Shown here piece after piece: positions 48,408 to 57,814 of a stretch of 64,000 bases of DNA. This DNA comes from a virus (taxonomy: Duplodnaviria > Caudoviricetes). The stretch covers positions 288,001-352,000 of IMG/VR virus record IMGVR_UViG_3300028048_000038. The stretch is one strand, 5' to 3'. Position numbers and translations under genes: made by a program. The notes under the pieces are model-generated. The model did no database searches. It was given only the letters and a program-made list of their open reading frames with translations, and was not told the origin of the DNA. Positions within the stretch are counted from its first letter, which is position 1. Each line of letters starts with the position of its first letter.

Positions 48408-50993
48408 TTAATGTTTTATCTTACCATACATACTTGTTTGTGACGGATAGCCATTAACTGTTGCCAAGTCATTGTTTAACATACCTCCATTGATGTCCCT
48501 ATTGATAGACTCTCTAATCATATTTTTAATCTGAGTCATAAATGCATAGTCATTAAGTAAGTCACGACCATTGAGAGACTTAGAGTAATTTCCCGCTTCA
48601 AGACGTAATGTTCCATTTATATTGATATTGAAGTCCTTAACTGTTACTGTGTTGCCATTTACATTTGATGTCTCAGTTCTATTTGGTTTGTAAATATATT
48701 CAGCCTCACCAAGAGAGTTCTTTGGCTTAACTGGTGTTTCACCAAATACAGCATTGAACTGTTGTGGAGTGATTACAGCCTCGCCACTATTTGCCAATAT
48801 TGGCACTTTATCACCACTGTATGAGTTTCCTCCAATAACACCACCTTCAGCATGTTTTTCGCTACTGCTAAACATATCACCAATGAGTTTTGTTGGAGAC
48901 CAATCTTTACCAAATAATTCGCCTATGCCTCTAACCATCCAAGATATTGGATTATTATCAACAAGCCATTTAACGCCATTTAGAACTGTTTTCCCAAAGC
49001 TCTTCAAGCCATCCAATATTGGGTCCCAATATTTACCAATGAATTCACCAGCAAATTTTCCAACTGCTCCACCAATCATGCCGCCAAGAGGTCCAAAGAA
49101 AAATGTGCCTAAAACAGTACCAACTCCTTGTCCAACAGCGCCACCAACTTCTGAATTCCTATCAATTCTAGCTTGCTCCAATGCCTTTGTTTTATCAGCT
49201 TGAGACATGTTAGAATTGTTAATTTCATTTATTCTATCATTGTATTTACCTTGAGCACTAAATCCTTGATATGCTGATAATCCAAGTCCTAACGCAGCAC
49301 CTCCAACATTAGCTAATTTTTGTCCACTAGATAGCCACTTAAAGCCACTAAAAGGTGCTTTTAACATTGATGCAAATCTTCCACTTCCCCCCATTCGAGA
49401 GTCTTGATAGCCAATTCGCAATGCATCAAATGAGTCTTTTCCAGCATTCCAAAGCCATTTACCGCCACGTCCAATACCATTTGCCGCACCACTAGCTGCT
49501 TTTCCACCAAGTCCTTTAGTTCCTCCAAATAAAGTGTTACCTATACTAAGGATTTTACTACCTATTATTGCTCCAAGTGTAACTGGCCAGTTTTCAATTA
49601 ACCATTTTGAAACCTTTACAATGCCACTAGCAATTGTTTTAAGGGTATCCCTATTATTCTTAATCCAATTATATATTTCCTTGGCAGATTTACCGAATTC
49701 TTGTGCAAGTGGTAACAACTTAGCTTTCGCTGCTTCTCCAAACTTCTTCAAGTCTCCTTGGAATGTTGGGAACATTCCTTCAATGAATTTACCAAACATT
49801 GCCATGATGGAATTCTTGATACCAGTTAATATCTCATTGATTGATGAAAGACTTCTAGCATTTTCTTCCATGATGTCACGGTCAGACATGCCTTGGTATT
49901 TCATCATTTCCTCAAGAACAGCTTTATCAATAGTTCCACCACTACTTAAGTCAACTTCCTTACCTCCAGTTGTTGTAAACATAACTTTACCATTTGCAAC
50001 ATTTGACTTATTAATTAAGAAGTCTTGTTGTTCTTTGGTAAGTCCATTCATTATGCTTGAACTTATATTTCTTTCCTTATATGCGTTTGATGCTTGTTTC
50101 TTTGCGCTACCAACCAATTCATCTGGATTCAAATTCATTGCCTTTGCAGCATTCCTCAACATATCCATCATCATTGGGTCAACTGTTGCGATTCCCTTTT
50201 GAGCATCGAACTTGGCAGCACCTTGAGCCATTCCTATAAGTCTCTTTTGGAATGCTTCTGGGTCAGCATTTGCTTCGTATGCCATATCAAGTGGATTTCC
50301 ACCAAGCATTGCGAATTGTCCACCAAGCATATTCAATTTCGCTGATGCTTGTATTGCATCGTCAATTTCCATGAATGCATTGGCTGCTGATTCAACAGAG
50401 TTAAGGCTTAATCCAACCTTCTCAGCTTGCATTGCCATACGAGTAAGTCCTTCAATACCAGTACGGAATGAAAGTTTGTTTGCCATGCTCAAGTTATTAG
50501 CAATCTTTTCACTAACCTTCTGAGCATTAAGACCACTCTTTGCAGCAGTAGCATAAGCCTTAGACACAGCACCTTGAACGGTATCGAGTTGTCCACCCAT
50601 ACCATTCATCATCTGTTCAGTGAACTTGGTTACTGTACTAGAACCAACAAGCTTGTTTAACTGTAGGAAACCTTCAGCTTGAGACTCATTGAGCATCAAC
50701 TGTCTGCTTGTGGCTATGGATATGTTTCTCTGTAACTCCTTTACTTGTTCGGCAGCGACACCATACTTCATCGCAAGCTTTTCGGTACGGTCTGTTAATA
50801 CCTCCGTATAAGCTTGCGCTTCCTTGGCGTTCATACCCATTTCACGTGCAAATGCAATACCTTCTTGATGGAACTGCATAGCACTATTAGTACCACTCTT
50901 TATGAGGGTATTAAGGTATGAAAAGGCACTTGCAAGTGTACCACGTATAATACCAGCTGTGGCTATTAAAGTCTGTGCTAATAATTTATTCAT
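48408..50993 (-). CDS. tape measure protein
   Basis: Ala/Gly-rich helical 861 aa with GG.IGG repeats and HAEGGVI..ANSGEAVI; lies between chaperones and baseplate genes. Confidence 0.8.
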   Translation of the reverse strand: MNKLLAQTLIATAGIIRGTLASAFSYLNTLIKSGTNSAMQFHQEGIAFAREMGMNAKEAQAYTEVLTDRTEKLAMKYGVAAEQVKELQRNISIATSRQLMLNESQAEGFLQLNKLVGSSTVTKFTEQMMNGMGGQLDTVQGAVSKAYATAAKSGLNAQKVSEKIANNLSMANKLSFRTGIEGLTRMAMQAEKVGLSLNSVESAANAFMEIDDAIQASAKLNMLGGQFAMLGGNPLDMAYEANADPEAFQKRLIGMAQGAAKFDAQKGIATVDPMMMDMLRNAAKAMNLNPDELVGSAKKQASNAYKERNISSSIMNGLTKEQQDFLINKSNVANGKVMFTTTGGKEVDLSSGGTIDKAVLEEMMKYQGMSDRDIMEENARSLSSINEILTGIKNSIMAMFGKFIEGMFPTFQGDLKKFGEAAKAKLLPLAQEFGKSAKEIYNWIKNNRDTLKTIASGIVKVSKWLIENWPVTLGAIIGSKILSIGNTLFGGTKGLGGKAASGAANGIGRGGKWLWNAGKDSFDALRIGYQDSRMGGSGRFASMLKAPFSGFKWLSSGQKLANVGGAALGLGLSAYQGFSAQGKYNDRINEINNSNMSQADKTKALEQARIDRNSEVGGAVGQGVGTVLGTFFFGPLGGMIGGAVGKFAGEFIGKYWDPILDGLKSFGKTVLNGVKWLVDNNPISWMVRGIGELFGKDWSPTKLIGDMFSSSEKHAEGGVIGGNSYSGDKVPILANSGEAVITPQQFNAVFGETPVKPKNSLGEAEYIYKPNRTETSNVNGNTVTVKDFNININGTLRLEAGNYSKSLNGRDLLNDYAFMTQIKNMIRESINRDINGGMLNNDLATVNGYPSQTSMYGKIKH

Positions 50994-51058
50994 TTAAGAT
51001 ATATACCTATTTAAATTATCTATAAATATGATATTTATCATTTTTTAACATTTATTTC

Positions 51059-51089
51059 TTTGTCAATTCAAAATAATTTCGTATCTTTG
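51059..51089 (+). promoter_or_regulatory. Bacteroidota primary-sigma promoter
   Basis: TTTG-N19-TATCTTTG. Confidence 0.8.
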
Positions 51090-51114
51090 CATCACAATTA
51101 AAAAAATAAATGAC

Positions 51115-51264
51115 ATGAGATTTTACGAAGATTGGGGAGGTTTTATTTGGGAGTACAATTCATTTGGTGAGTTTATCAAGTGCTTCATTGCAAGAACACT
51201 CAGTGCAATTGTTACATTTGGGCTTATGCTTGTAGTACTTTATTTAATAGGTAAATACTGTTGA
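51115..51264 (+). CDS. small membrane protein (49 aa)
   Basis: Hand translation MRFYEDWGGFIWEYNSFGEFIKCFIARTLSAIVTFGLMLVVLYLIGKYC*. Confidence 0.55.
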   Translation: MRFYEDWGGFIWEYNSFGEFIKCFIARTLSAIVTFGLMLVVLYLIGKYC

Positions 51265-51269
51265 TTATC

Positions 51270-51686
51270 ATGGAGATTACTAGAGATACGATTTATATAT
51301 CTTTTCATCTTTATAATTTTGAATACTTTGGCAATAAGTTGCCAGCACCGAATTTCAAGGTTAGACATTCATACAGAACATTGGGATTTTTCTCTTGCGA
51401 GTATGACGAGGATGGATATATGTTCAATCAAACCATTGAGATAAGTGATAGTTATGATTACACTGAGTCTCAGTTAAGGGACATTCTTGTACACGAAATG
51501 ATTCATTATTATCTCGCTTATATGGGAATCGACCCACAATGTAGTCATGGAACTGAATTCAAGAGGATGACTAATGATTTTAATAGAAAATATGGCATGA
51601 ATATTACATCAACGATTGACCTCACACCATATGAAATTAAAAAGGGAAATTCAAAGTTAATGTTCACACTTTCAACGCTTTTCTGA
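51270..51686 (+). CDS. SprT-like zinc metalloprotease
   Basis: NFEYFGNKLP..ILVHEMIH..SHGTEFK. Confidence 0.85.
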   Translation: MEITRDTIYISFHLYNFEYFGNKLPAPNFKVRHSYRTLGFFSCEYDEDGYMFNQTIEISDSYDYTESQLRDILVHEMIHYYLAYMGIDPQCSHGTEFKRMTNDFNRKYGMNITSTIDLTPYEIKKGNSKLMFTLSTLF

Positions 51687-51714
51687 TATTTATATTGGAA
51701 AAGCGTTTTTGTTT

Positions 51715-52353
51715 ATGAATAATATCTATAAAAGAATAATAAGAGAAGAAATAAACAGATTAATACTTTCTGAAGCAATAGATGTTTCTCCATTATCAAA
51801 ATACATTCAACCATTGCAGAAATGTGTTTCTGACTTAAGAAACATGGGGTATTCGAATAATAAGGAAGTTGATGCATTCTTAAAGGACATATGTGAATAT
51901 ATCCTTCAAGTTATCTTCGGAATTGACAGATGTGTTAAGGCAAATAGTTTGAATGAGGATTTCAGACTATCTGACTATGGTGTGCAGTATCCAGCGGAAT
52001 TGGGTGGCAATCTATGGAATGACTTTGAGAATGGTCTTTATAAGGGTGCTAATTGGGCTAGAAGAAATCTATACAAGAGGGGATATGTTGGCAATGGTGT
52101 AAACGGTAAATCAAATGGTAACACAAACGGCAATACCAATACTAATAACCCCAATAATGTGCCAAGTGTTAAGTTAGCAGATTCACTTAGAAACTTATCA
52201 CAGATATCGCTTAGATATCAAGACCTAACAAATAAACACCCAAATGAAATGTCCCAATATAGCAACATAATATATGATGCATTAGGAAATTATATAAGCA
52301 ACTTAAATAGAGAATATAATCAGATAAAAGCAAACGCCCAAGGAAACCCTTGA
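51715..52353 (+). CDS. hypothetical protein with N-terminal IIREE/LSE tag
   Basis: MNNIYKRIIREEINRLILSEA; GATATTTATA 21 nt upstream. Confidence 0.6.
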   Translation: MNNIYKRIIREEINRLILSEAIDVSPLSKYIQPLQKCVSDLRNMGYSNNKEVDAFLKDICEYILQVIFGIDRCVKANSLNEDFRLSDYGVQYPAELGGNLWNDFENGLYKGANWARRNLYKRGYVGNGVNGKSNGNTNGNTNTNNPNNVPSVKLADSLRNLSQISLRYQDLTNKHPNEMSQYSNIIYDALGNYISNLNREYNQIKANAQGNP

Positions 52354-52369
52354 GCGTTTTTCTTTTTTT
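52332..52369. terminator. bidirectional terminator
   Basis: aaacgcccaagg-aaac-ccttgagcgttttt. Confidence 0.7.
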
Positions 52370-52620
52370 TATAGCCCCATTTCTTCTGCAATATCATCGC
52401 CATCGAGTCCTTGACTCATGCTTGTATATTTGGAAATGTCATGTGAGGATGACCCACCTTCATTTCCACTCATTGCCTCATTTCTAGCCTCCATGTATTC
52501 ATTGTACTTATGTATGTAATATTTTCTATCCATCACTGGCATCTTCATCAATGCCTCATATGGTATTTTTACATACATGTGACAAGCGAATAACTCATCT
52601 TTAAGATTCCTCTCTGCCAT
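52369..52620 (-). CDS. tail/baseplate assembly chaperone C-terminal partner (T4 gp51-like)
   Basis: LKDELF..IPYEALMKMPVMDRKYYI; frame overlaps the 3' end of the upstream chaperone. Confidence 0.65.
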   Translation of the reverse strand: MAERNLKDELFACHMYVKIPYEALMKMPVMDRKYYIHKYNEYMEARNEAMSGNEGGSSSHDISKYTSMSQGLDGDDIAEEMGL

Positions 52621-53926
52621 CGGAGATATTGAGGAAAACAGAATCGTCCCAGTTAAGAAAGGTCTTAAATGAGCCACCTCCAAGACTCTCTGGTCTCTGA
52701 ACCTCGATATTAAAGTCAATTCCTGGTCTATTGTCATTTATATATTTTCTCAACATCAATGAATCCCTAGCTGGCATCATATTAATATACTTTCTGATGA
52801 ATTCCCTATCAGTGTTTCCATTAACAGCCACAATCTGCAACTGCATTGCGTTTGTCATAATCTTTGTAAACCTTGATTCATTAACCTTCTTAAGCTTTTC
52901 AGCCCATTTCTCAATGACAGATGTTGCAGCCTTAATTACCTTCTTATCATTTTCACCAATATATTCATCACCAACCAATGCAGCTAGAAGGGTTTCCTTT
53001 TCCTCGTTAAGCATAAATGCCTTTGTTCCTATGCTTTCAAGCTCAGTGACCTTCTTAAGCTGTTTTTCTTGTTTTCTAGTGAGATATCGGAACTTAATGG
53101 TATCCTTCTTAATTGGGGTTACATATTCGAACCAACCATTCTCATCACCAACAAGGGTAAACTCCTTTGGTTTCAATGTTGTAAGGTCAACGGTAGTTTC
53201 AATCTGTTCTCCAGTTTCTGGGTCAGCCACAACAATTGGAAAATCTGGACCGTAGCTAGTTGCTCTAAGATAAAGGACAATTGCGTCAATATCACCGCTA
53301 ACAAGGTCATCAACATTGATTTCCTTGTTCATAATCTTATTCTTAAGCAAATAATCAATTACAAGTCCATCCTTATATAAGTTTGGTGACATGATGATGT
53401 TTTCATCATATGCTGTCAAATAAGAAACTGGCACCCTATCCATCTTGTTTCTGTAACATTGTCCATTGCTAGGCAATTGAATAACATCATATTGTATCGA
53501 TGGGTCAATATCATTGAATGTTGTTTCTGTAGCAATTGTTGTCTCACTTGGAACTAAATTATCTGCACTCCAAGCAACCTCTTGTTGCGTCTCTTCCTTG
53601 ATTTGACTTTCAATAATATCTTGTTTGTTCTTCTCGTTTTCTTCCAAGATATCGAAAATTGACATATCCGTATCAAATAAATTGTCTTGGTTAATAACCT
53701 TCTTATTTGAAGCCAAAGATGTCTTGCGTGGAGCATTTGATACTGCACTTGGGTCAATTGTTTTAATATGGTCGATAACCTCTTGTTGTGCCCTCTCAAT
53801 CTGTTTCACTGAGTTCTTATTACCTCTCTCTTCAGCTTCCTTCTTGGTCTTCTCAAGCATTTCATTGTTTGCAAGAAGAGTCTTAATTTCATTCTCTTGC
53901 TCTTGTGTTAATTTCTTCTTTGCCAT
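52601..53926 (-). CDS. baseplate hub assembly / tail chaperone (T4 gp26-like)
   Basis: IQLPSNGQCY..YLTAYDENII..LVSGDIDAIVLYLRATSYG..VDL..IKFRYLT..MPARDSLMLRKYI..PGIDF. Confidence 0.8.
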   Translation of the reverse strand: MAKKKLTQEQENEIKTLLANNEMLEKTKKEAEERGNKNSVKQIERAQQEVIDHIKTIDPSAVSNAPRKTSLASNKKVINQDNLFDTDMSIFDILEENEKNKQDIIESQIKEETQQEVAWSADNLVPSETTIATETTFNDIDPSIQYDVIQLPSNGQCYRNKMDRVPVSYLTAYDENIIMSPNLYKDGLVIDYLLKNKIMNKEINVDDLVSGDIDAIVLYLRATSYGPDFPIVVADPETGEQIETTVDLTTLKPKEFTLVGDENGWFEYVTPIKKDTIKFRYLTRKQEKQLKKVTELESIGTKAFMLNEEKETLLAALVGDEYIGENDKKVIKAATSVIEKWAEKLKKVNESRFTKIMTNAMQLQIVAVNGNTDREFIRKYINMMPARDSLMLRKYINDNRPGIDFNIEVQRPESLGGGSFKTFLNWDDSVFLNISDGREES

Positions 53927-53930
53927 TCTA

Positions 53931-54548
53931 TTATATTTTATCTACCAATGTTATTCTCTCAATAAACAACACAAATGTATTACCATCAATAATATCCATG
54001 ATTCTACAGTCTTCCAAGATAGCGTATGTATCTTGGTTCGCATTGTTCTTAAACTGTACTTTAAGATTCCTCTTTGGTTCTTTTGCCAATACCCAATCTT
54101 CACCTAATTGGTCTTTATACTTGTTAATGCTAGCATGTTCTCTAGTCCATAAGGATAATTCAGTCTCGAACTCTTCCTCAGAGGTATCTAAATTGAATTC
54201 AACAATCTCTAGGAATTGTTTCTGTTGCGCAAACTTGGTTATGAAGCCATCAACGGTATCACTATTACCATCAATGTCCAATAATTCACCAATACAGCTC
54301 GAAAAAGCCACTTTATCTTCGCTCTGAGAGGTTTTCTGCCCAAATTTATATGTGTGTCCATCTGTACCTTGAATAAGGCTTCCTGTGCCCTCTTTTGCAG
54401 CTAGGACAGAATTATAAACAATGTCCTTACTTTTATTGAAATCCTTAGACATGGCATCTGAATATTCGTTCTCATTGTAATAATCATTGCTCACGTCAAA
54501 GTTTCCATCATTATAATCATAGTAAGGTAAATATAACGTAACTTCCAT
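53931..54548 (-). CDS. hypothetical protein
   Basis: 205-aa acidic ORF in the tail cluster. Confidence 0.65.
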   Translation of the reverse strand: MEVTLYLPYYDYNDGNFDVSNDYYNENEYSDAMSKDFNKSKDIVYNSVLAAKEGTGSLIQGTDGHTYKFGQKTSQSEDKVAFSSCIGELLDIDGNSDTVDGFITKFAQQKQFLEIVEFNLDTSEEEFETELSLWTREHASINKYKDQLGEDWVLAKEPKRNLKVQFKNNANQDTYAILEDCRIMDIIDGNTFVLFIERITLVDKI

Positions 54549-54589
54549 AAATTCAATTTTTTTGAAAATAAATATACAAAAATATATTT

Positions 54590-55135
54590 TTACTTAATTT
54601 TATTGATATGCCTTTTATTTTTCTTTTCAGTGATTGTAATTTTTTTATCCTCGATATATAACCTTTTCTTAAGTTCTTCCATTACCATCTTTGGATTCTC
54701 ACGAATATCTTTCTCCCAAATCCTAATAAGAGGGATTCCATGAAGCAATGCCCATTTATCCTTATGTTCGTCAACTCTCTTATTATGTTTTTGCATTGGA
54801 TTAAGTTTATCCTCCTTAACAACCCTTGGGTCTGAATGATAATATCCACCATCAATCTCAAGGAGAATCATATTTCCAGTGGTCATATTATCATTAAGAA
54901 TAATTGCAAAGTCATAGAATCTTCCAATATCCTTTGCTTCAAATTGATAGATATACTTTACACCAAGTTTATCAAGAAAATCTCTTGCAAAGTCTTCCTC
55001 AAGTTTTGACGTTCCATATTTCTGGTGATGAGGATGACGTACAGCCCCTCTAGCCGTTTTTGCCTTTGGGGTTGTACGCTTCTTTGATTTATTCTTGTTT
55101 ATGGAAGTTTTACTCTTTTTAATGACTTGTTTCAT
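54590..55135 (-). CDS. Vsr/DUF559-like PD-(D/E)XK nuclease (possible head-completion nuclease analogue)
   Basis: SKLEEDF..FYDF..LEIDGGYYH..DEHKD..LIRIWE. Confidence 0.75.
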   Translation of the reverse strand: MKQVIKKSKTSINKNKSKKRTTPKAKTARGAVRHPHHQKYGTSKLEEDFARDFLDKLGVKYIYQFEAKDIGRFYDFAIILNDNMTTGNMILLEIDGGYYHSDPRVVKEDKLNPMQKHNKRVDEHKDKWALLHGIPLIRIWEKDIRENPKMVMEELKKRLYIEDKKITITEKKNKRHINKIK

Positions 55136-55901
55136 AAGTTACATCAGAATATGATACTGTCAATAATATTTTATTAAAATCGTCTCTAGTATAATCCACG
55201 CTATCTCTTTCAACACTTAGCAAATGACAATGGTGATAACGCTCTGTGTAAAGAGTAACACCAGTTGGGTCAAGATAATCAATCGAAATGCTGAATTCAA
55301 ATGTCATGTCACGTTTAAACTCTTTTGCCAAAAGCTCTGCAATAATTGGATGTTTATTCTCTTTTATGAAATTAAATACACTAATTAAAAGCTCTCCACC
55401 ACCACACAAGAAGTTAACACTCCTTACATAATACTCTGGTATCTCCAATGGTGTTCCAAATCTTACCAAGAATCTGTTACTACTGATAACATTTTCATAA
55501 GGTAGTTTGTTGCTACTAGATTTCTTATATACATCTTCATAGTTAAGATTATTACAATCATTTGAAATGTCCTTTTTAATATTCTCATCCAACTTCTTTG
55601 AGTTTGCGCCCTTCTTAATGCCATCAAAGAAGCTCTTGGAATTCTTAATAGACTTTGGCTTCTTTATCTCATCATAGAAAGAATAATCAGCCTTATTAGT
55701 CATGCCATCAATACACTCCCTTAATCTCTTGATATTCTCTTCAACATCATTAATTGCACTCTTAATAGCATCAATTGTAACCTCGCTAGAGCCTCTTTCC
55801 ATCGCCTCTACAAGCGTATTATTAAGCATCTCAAACTCTGCCATTCTTGTCTTTAATGAAGACTTTAAATCGTCTAGGGAATAACTTCTACTTGTTGCCA
55901 T
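55119..55901 (-). CDS. coiled-coil plus tail-tube-like domain protein
   Basis: C-terminal NRFLVRF..LDPTGV..VDYTRDD..LTVSY aligns by eye with the tube protein NRWLLRF..LDPTGV..LDYSSDD..LTLQM. Confidence 0.65.
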   Translation of the reverse strand: MATSRSYSLDDLKSSLKTRMAEFEMLNNTLVEAMERGSSEVTIDAIKSAINDVEENIKRLRECIDGMTNKADYSFYDEIKKPKSIKNSKSFFDGIKKGANSKKLDENIKKDISNDCNNLNYEDVYKKSSSNKLPYENVISSNRFLVRFGTPLEIPEYYVRSVNFLCGGGELLISVFNFIKENKHPIIAELLAKEFKRDMTFEFSISIDYLDPTGVTLYTERYHHCHLLSVERDSVDYTRDDFNKILLTVSYSDVTYETSH

Positions 55902-55949
55902 ATTTTTATTAATTTAAATTATTTATTCATTTTTTAAAAAATAAAAAAA

Positions 55950-55981
55950 TAAGTGCAAGAAACAAATAGTTTCTCACACTT
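55950..55981 (-). terminator. intrinsic terminator
   Basis: aagtgtgagaaac..gtttcttgcactt. Confidence 0.6.
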
Positions 55982-56008
55982 ATTATTGATTGCTTTAAAA
56001 CCTCTTTT

Positions 56009-57097
56009 TTATAAAATACTTTCTGTCAATAAAGTCTTTACACTATCAATATCTCTATTATAATCAGATTCCCAAATTTCAATTAATATTATTCCATTAT
56101 CTTTACAATATTTCCTCAATATCTCATCCTTTTCTACTTTTTCAAGTTGGAACTTGGACAATTCTTCTTTTGAGTATTTCTTTGGATTTCCGTGCCAATA
56201 GTCACCTTGAAACTCCACTATTGTATTCTTACTTGGAATATATACATCACAATAATGATGAATGTCTTTTATGTAATGTTGAGTATCAAACTCTATATTA
56301 AGTGGTTTAATACAAGTTTCAATAAATTCCTTTTCAACTTTTGATGATAAAGAAAATTCTCCACTAGTTAAAGCTTTATACATTTTTAATCTATTTGCAA
56401 TAATAGACTTTTCACTTCTCCCATTTTCTCTACATTTTTCAGCGTGTTTTTTAGACTTTGGTACATTTTTTAAAGCTTTACTAATTTTTTCATTTCTTTC
56501 CTTATCAGAGTACTTTTCCATTAATTCTTGAATTTTTTCCTCAGAAAATGTCTCGCTCCATTTTTTACCTTTATTCCACTGAACTCTCTCGCCACTTGCA
56601 TATTGTTTTCTTCTTGTTTTGGCAGAATTGAGTTTTGCTTTTTCATTGTGACCCCAGTTATTGTGTACTCTATTATGATGCCCAATTATGTATTCTTGGA
56701 AATGAGCACCACCATTATAACACATTTCAGTGTATCCACCACACCCACACTTACAAGTTGGTCTAATACCGTTATACTTGGAATCTGTTAACAGTTTTTC
56801 TTTGGTTATGTTACTTCCGTGAGTCTTATATGCAAACACATGCATACACAATCCATTGTAGGTTTCAAAACGCTCATCACAATACGGACATTTATAATCG
56901 CCATTATGTTCAACCTTATTGGTATATTCCCCAGTATATTTGAAGGTGTATCCATTCACTTGTTTTACTTTACCATTGCAACACTTAGATATAGTGGCAT
57001 TTATGCTTCCAACTGCTTTAGCTGCTTCTGTTGCTGATTCGTAGATGGCAATTTGTTTTCCATCTTTAAACTGAATAATCTGTTTCTTTAATCCCAT
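56009..57097 (-). CDS. free-standing homing-endonuclease-like protein (NUMOD1/NUMOD3-like plus Vsr-like nuclease)
   Basis: YESATEAA..ISKCC..GYTFKY; CKCGCG; WNKGK; CDVYIP..VEFQGDYWH..KDE..IWESD. Confidence 0.8.
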   Translation of the reverse strand: MGLKKQIIQFKDGKQIAIYESATEAAKAVGSINATISKCCNGKVKQVNGYTFKYTGEYTNKVEHNGDYKCPYCDERFETYNGLCMHVFAYKTHGSNITKEKLLTDSKYNGIRPTCKCGCGGYTEMCYNGGAHFQEYIIGHHNRVHNNWGHNEKAKLNSAKTRRKQYASGERVQWNKGKKWSETFSEEKIQELMEKYSDKERNEKISKALKNVPKSKKHAEKCRENGRSEKSIIANRLKMYKALTSGEFSLSSKVEKEFIETCIKPLNIEFDTQHYIKDIHHYCDVYIPSKNTIVEFQGDYWHGNPKKYSKEELSKFQLEKVEKDEILRKYCKDNGIILIEIWESDYNRDIDSVKTLLTESIL

Positions 57098-57129
57098 AAA
57101 AAAAAGATATTTACCTATATTATTTTGCG

Positions 57130-57161
57130 CAAATATATAGATAAATATCTTAATTTCCAAG
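57130..57161 (-). promoter_or_regulatory. Bacteroidota-type promoter for the endonuclease, with nested late-type motif
   Basis: CTTG-N20-TATATTTG; GATATTTATC within the spacer. Confidence 0.65.
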
Positions 57162-57236
57162 AAATTGCAACAATTTCTTTAACTTTCCTATTCAACTATG
57201 CTATGTAAATTTTGTAACTTGCTGATTATCAAATAA

Positions 57237-57725
57237 TTAGTAACAAAGTATTGCATAGTCCATCTGCAATGTTAATGTAATCTCTGCCAAGTCATCTGAA
57301 GAATAGTCAAGGTTTCCGAAATCTGCGTCAGTAACCATTACGTTCTTCAAAATCCACTTAGATACAACAACACCAGTTGGGTCAAGCATTTCAAGCTCAA
57401 CATCACGCTTATAACCTGCAGCGTAGCCTTGACGACCAGTTACAGACTCAGAGTGAAGACGAATCCACTCCATAACTGCTTGTGAAGCAGAAGGTCCAAT
57501 TGGGTCTCTCAACGTCACTTGAATTGTAGCCCACTTGTATCTGCCAACAACGTATGTCTCTGTATTTAAGAACTCAATTGCCTTTCCTTCTTGCTGAATA
57601 TGTGGACGTGCTGCACTCTTGCACCACCACTCTTGAATACCCAAGTCGCTTGGAAATCTTAACAACCATCTATTTTTTCTCAATGGTTCATAGTTAAGAG
57701 GCATTTTCAAAAGTAAATCACTCAT
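57237..57725 (-). CDS. tail tube protein (T4 gp19-like)
   Basis: EPLRKNRW..SAARP..GRYKW..TLRDPI..VMEW..YKRD..LDPTG..W.L..DFGNLDY. Confidence 0.88.
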   Translation of the reverse strand: MSDLLLKMPLNYEPLRKNRWLLRFPSDLGIQEWWCKSAARPHIQQEGKAIEFLNTETYVVGRYKWATIQVTLRDPIGPSASQAVMEWIRLHSESVTGRQGYAAGYKRDVELEMLDPTGVVVSKWILKNVMVTDADFGNLDYSSDDLAEITLTLQMDYAILCY

Positions 57726-57814
57726 TTTTACAAATATTTTAATCTAGATTATTTTATTATTCTTACTCTATTTTTATTAATAAATATAAAATACCTAGTT
57801 TTTTTCACATATTT

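Noticed and set aside
48754-54327. Long antisense ORFs (e.g. 49534..50202, 52731..53255, 53625..54107; also 3153..3575 and 36407..36943)
   Set aside because: They are shadows of well-supported opposite-strand genes, with Ser/Leu/Phe-biased composition and no motifs.
57215-57239. Imperfect palindrome taacttgc-TGATTATCA-aataatta beside the endonuclease promoter
   Set aside because: Single copy with a short core in AT-rich DNA; it cannot be distinguished from chance without other genomes.
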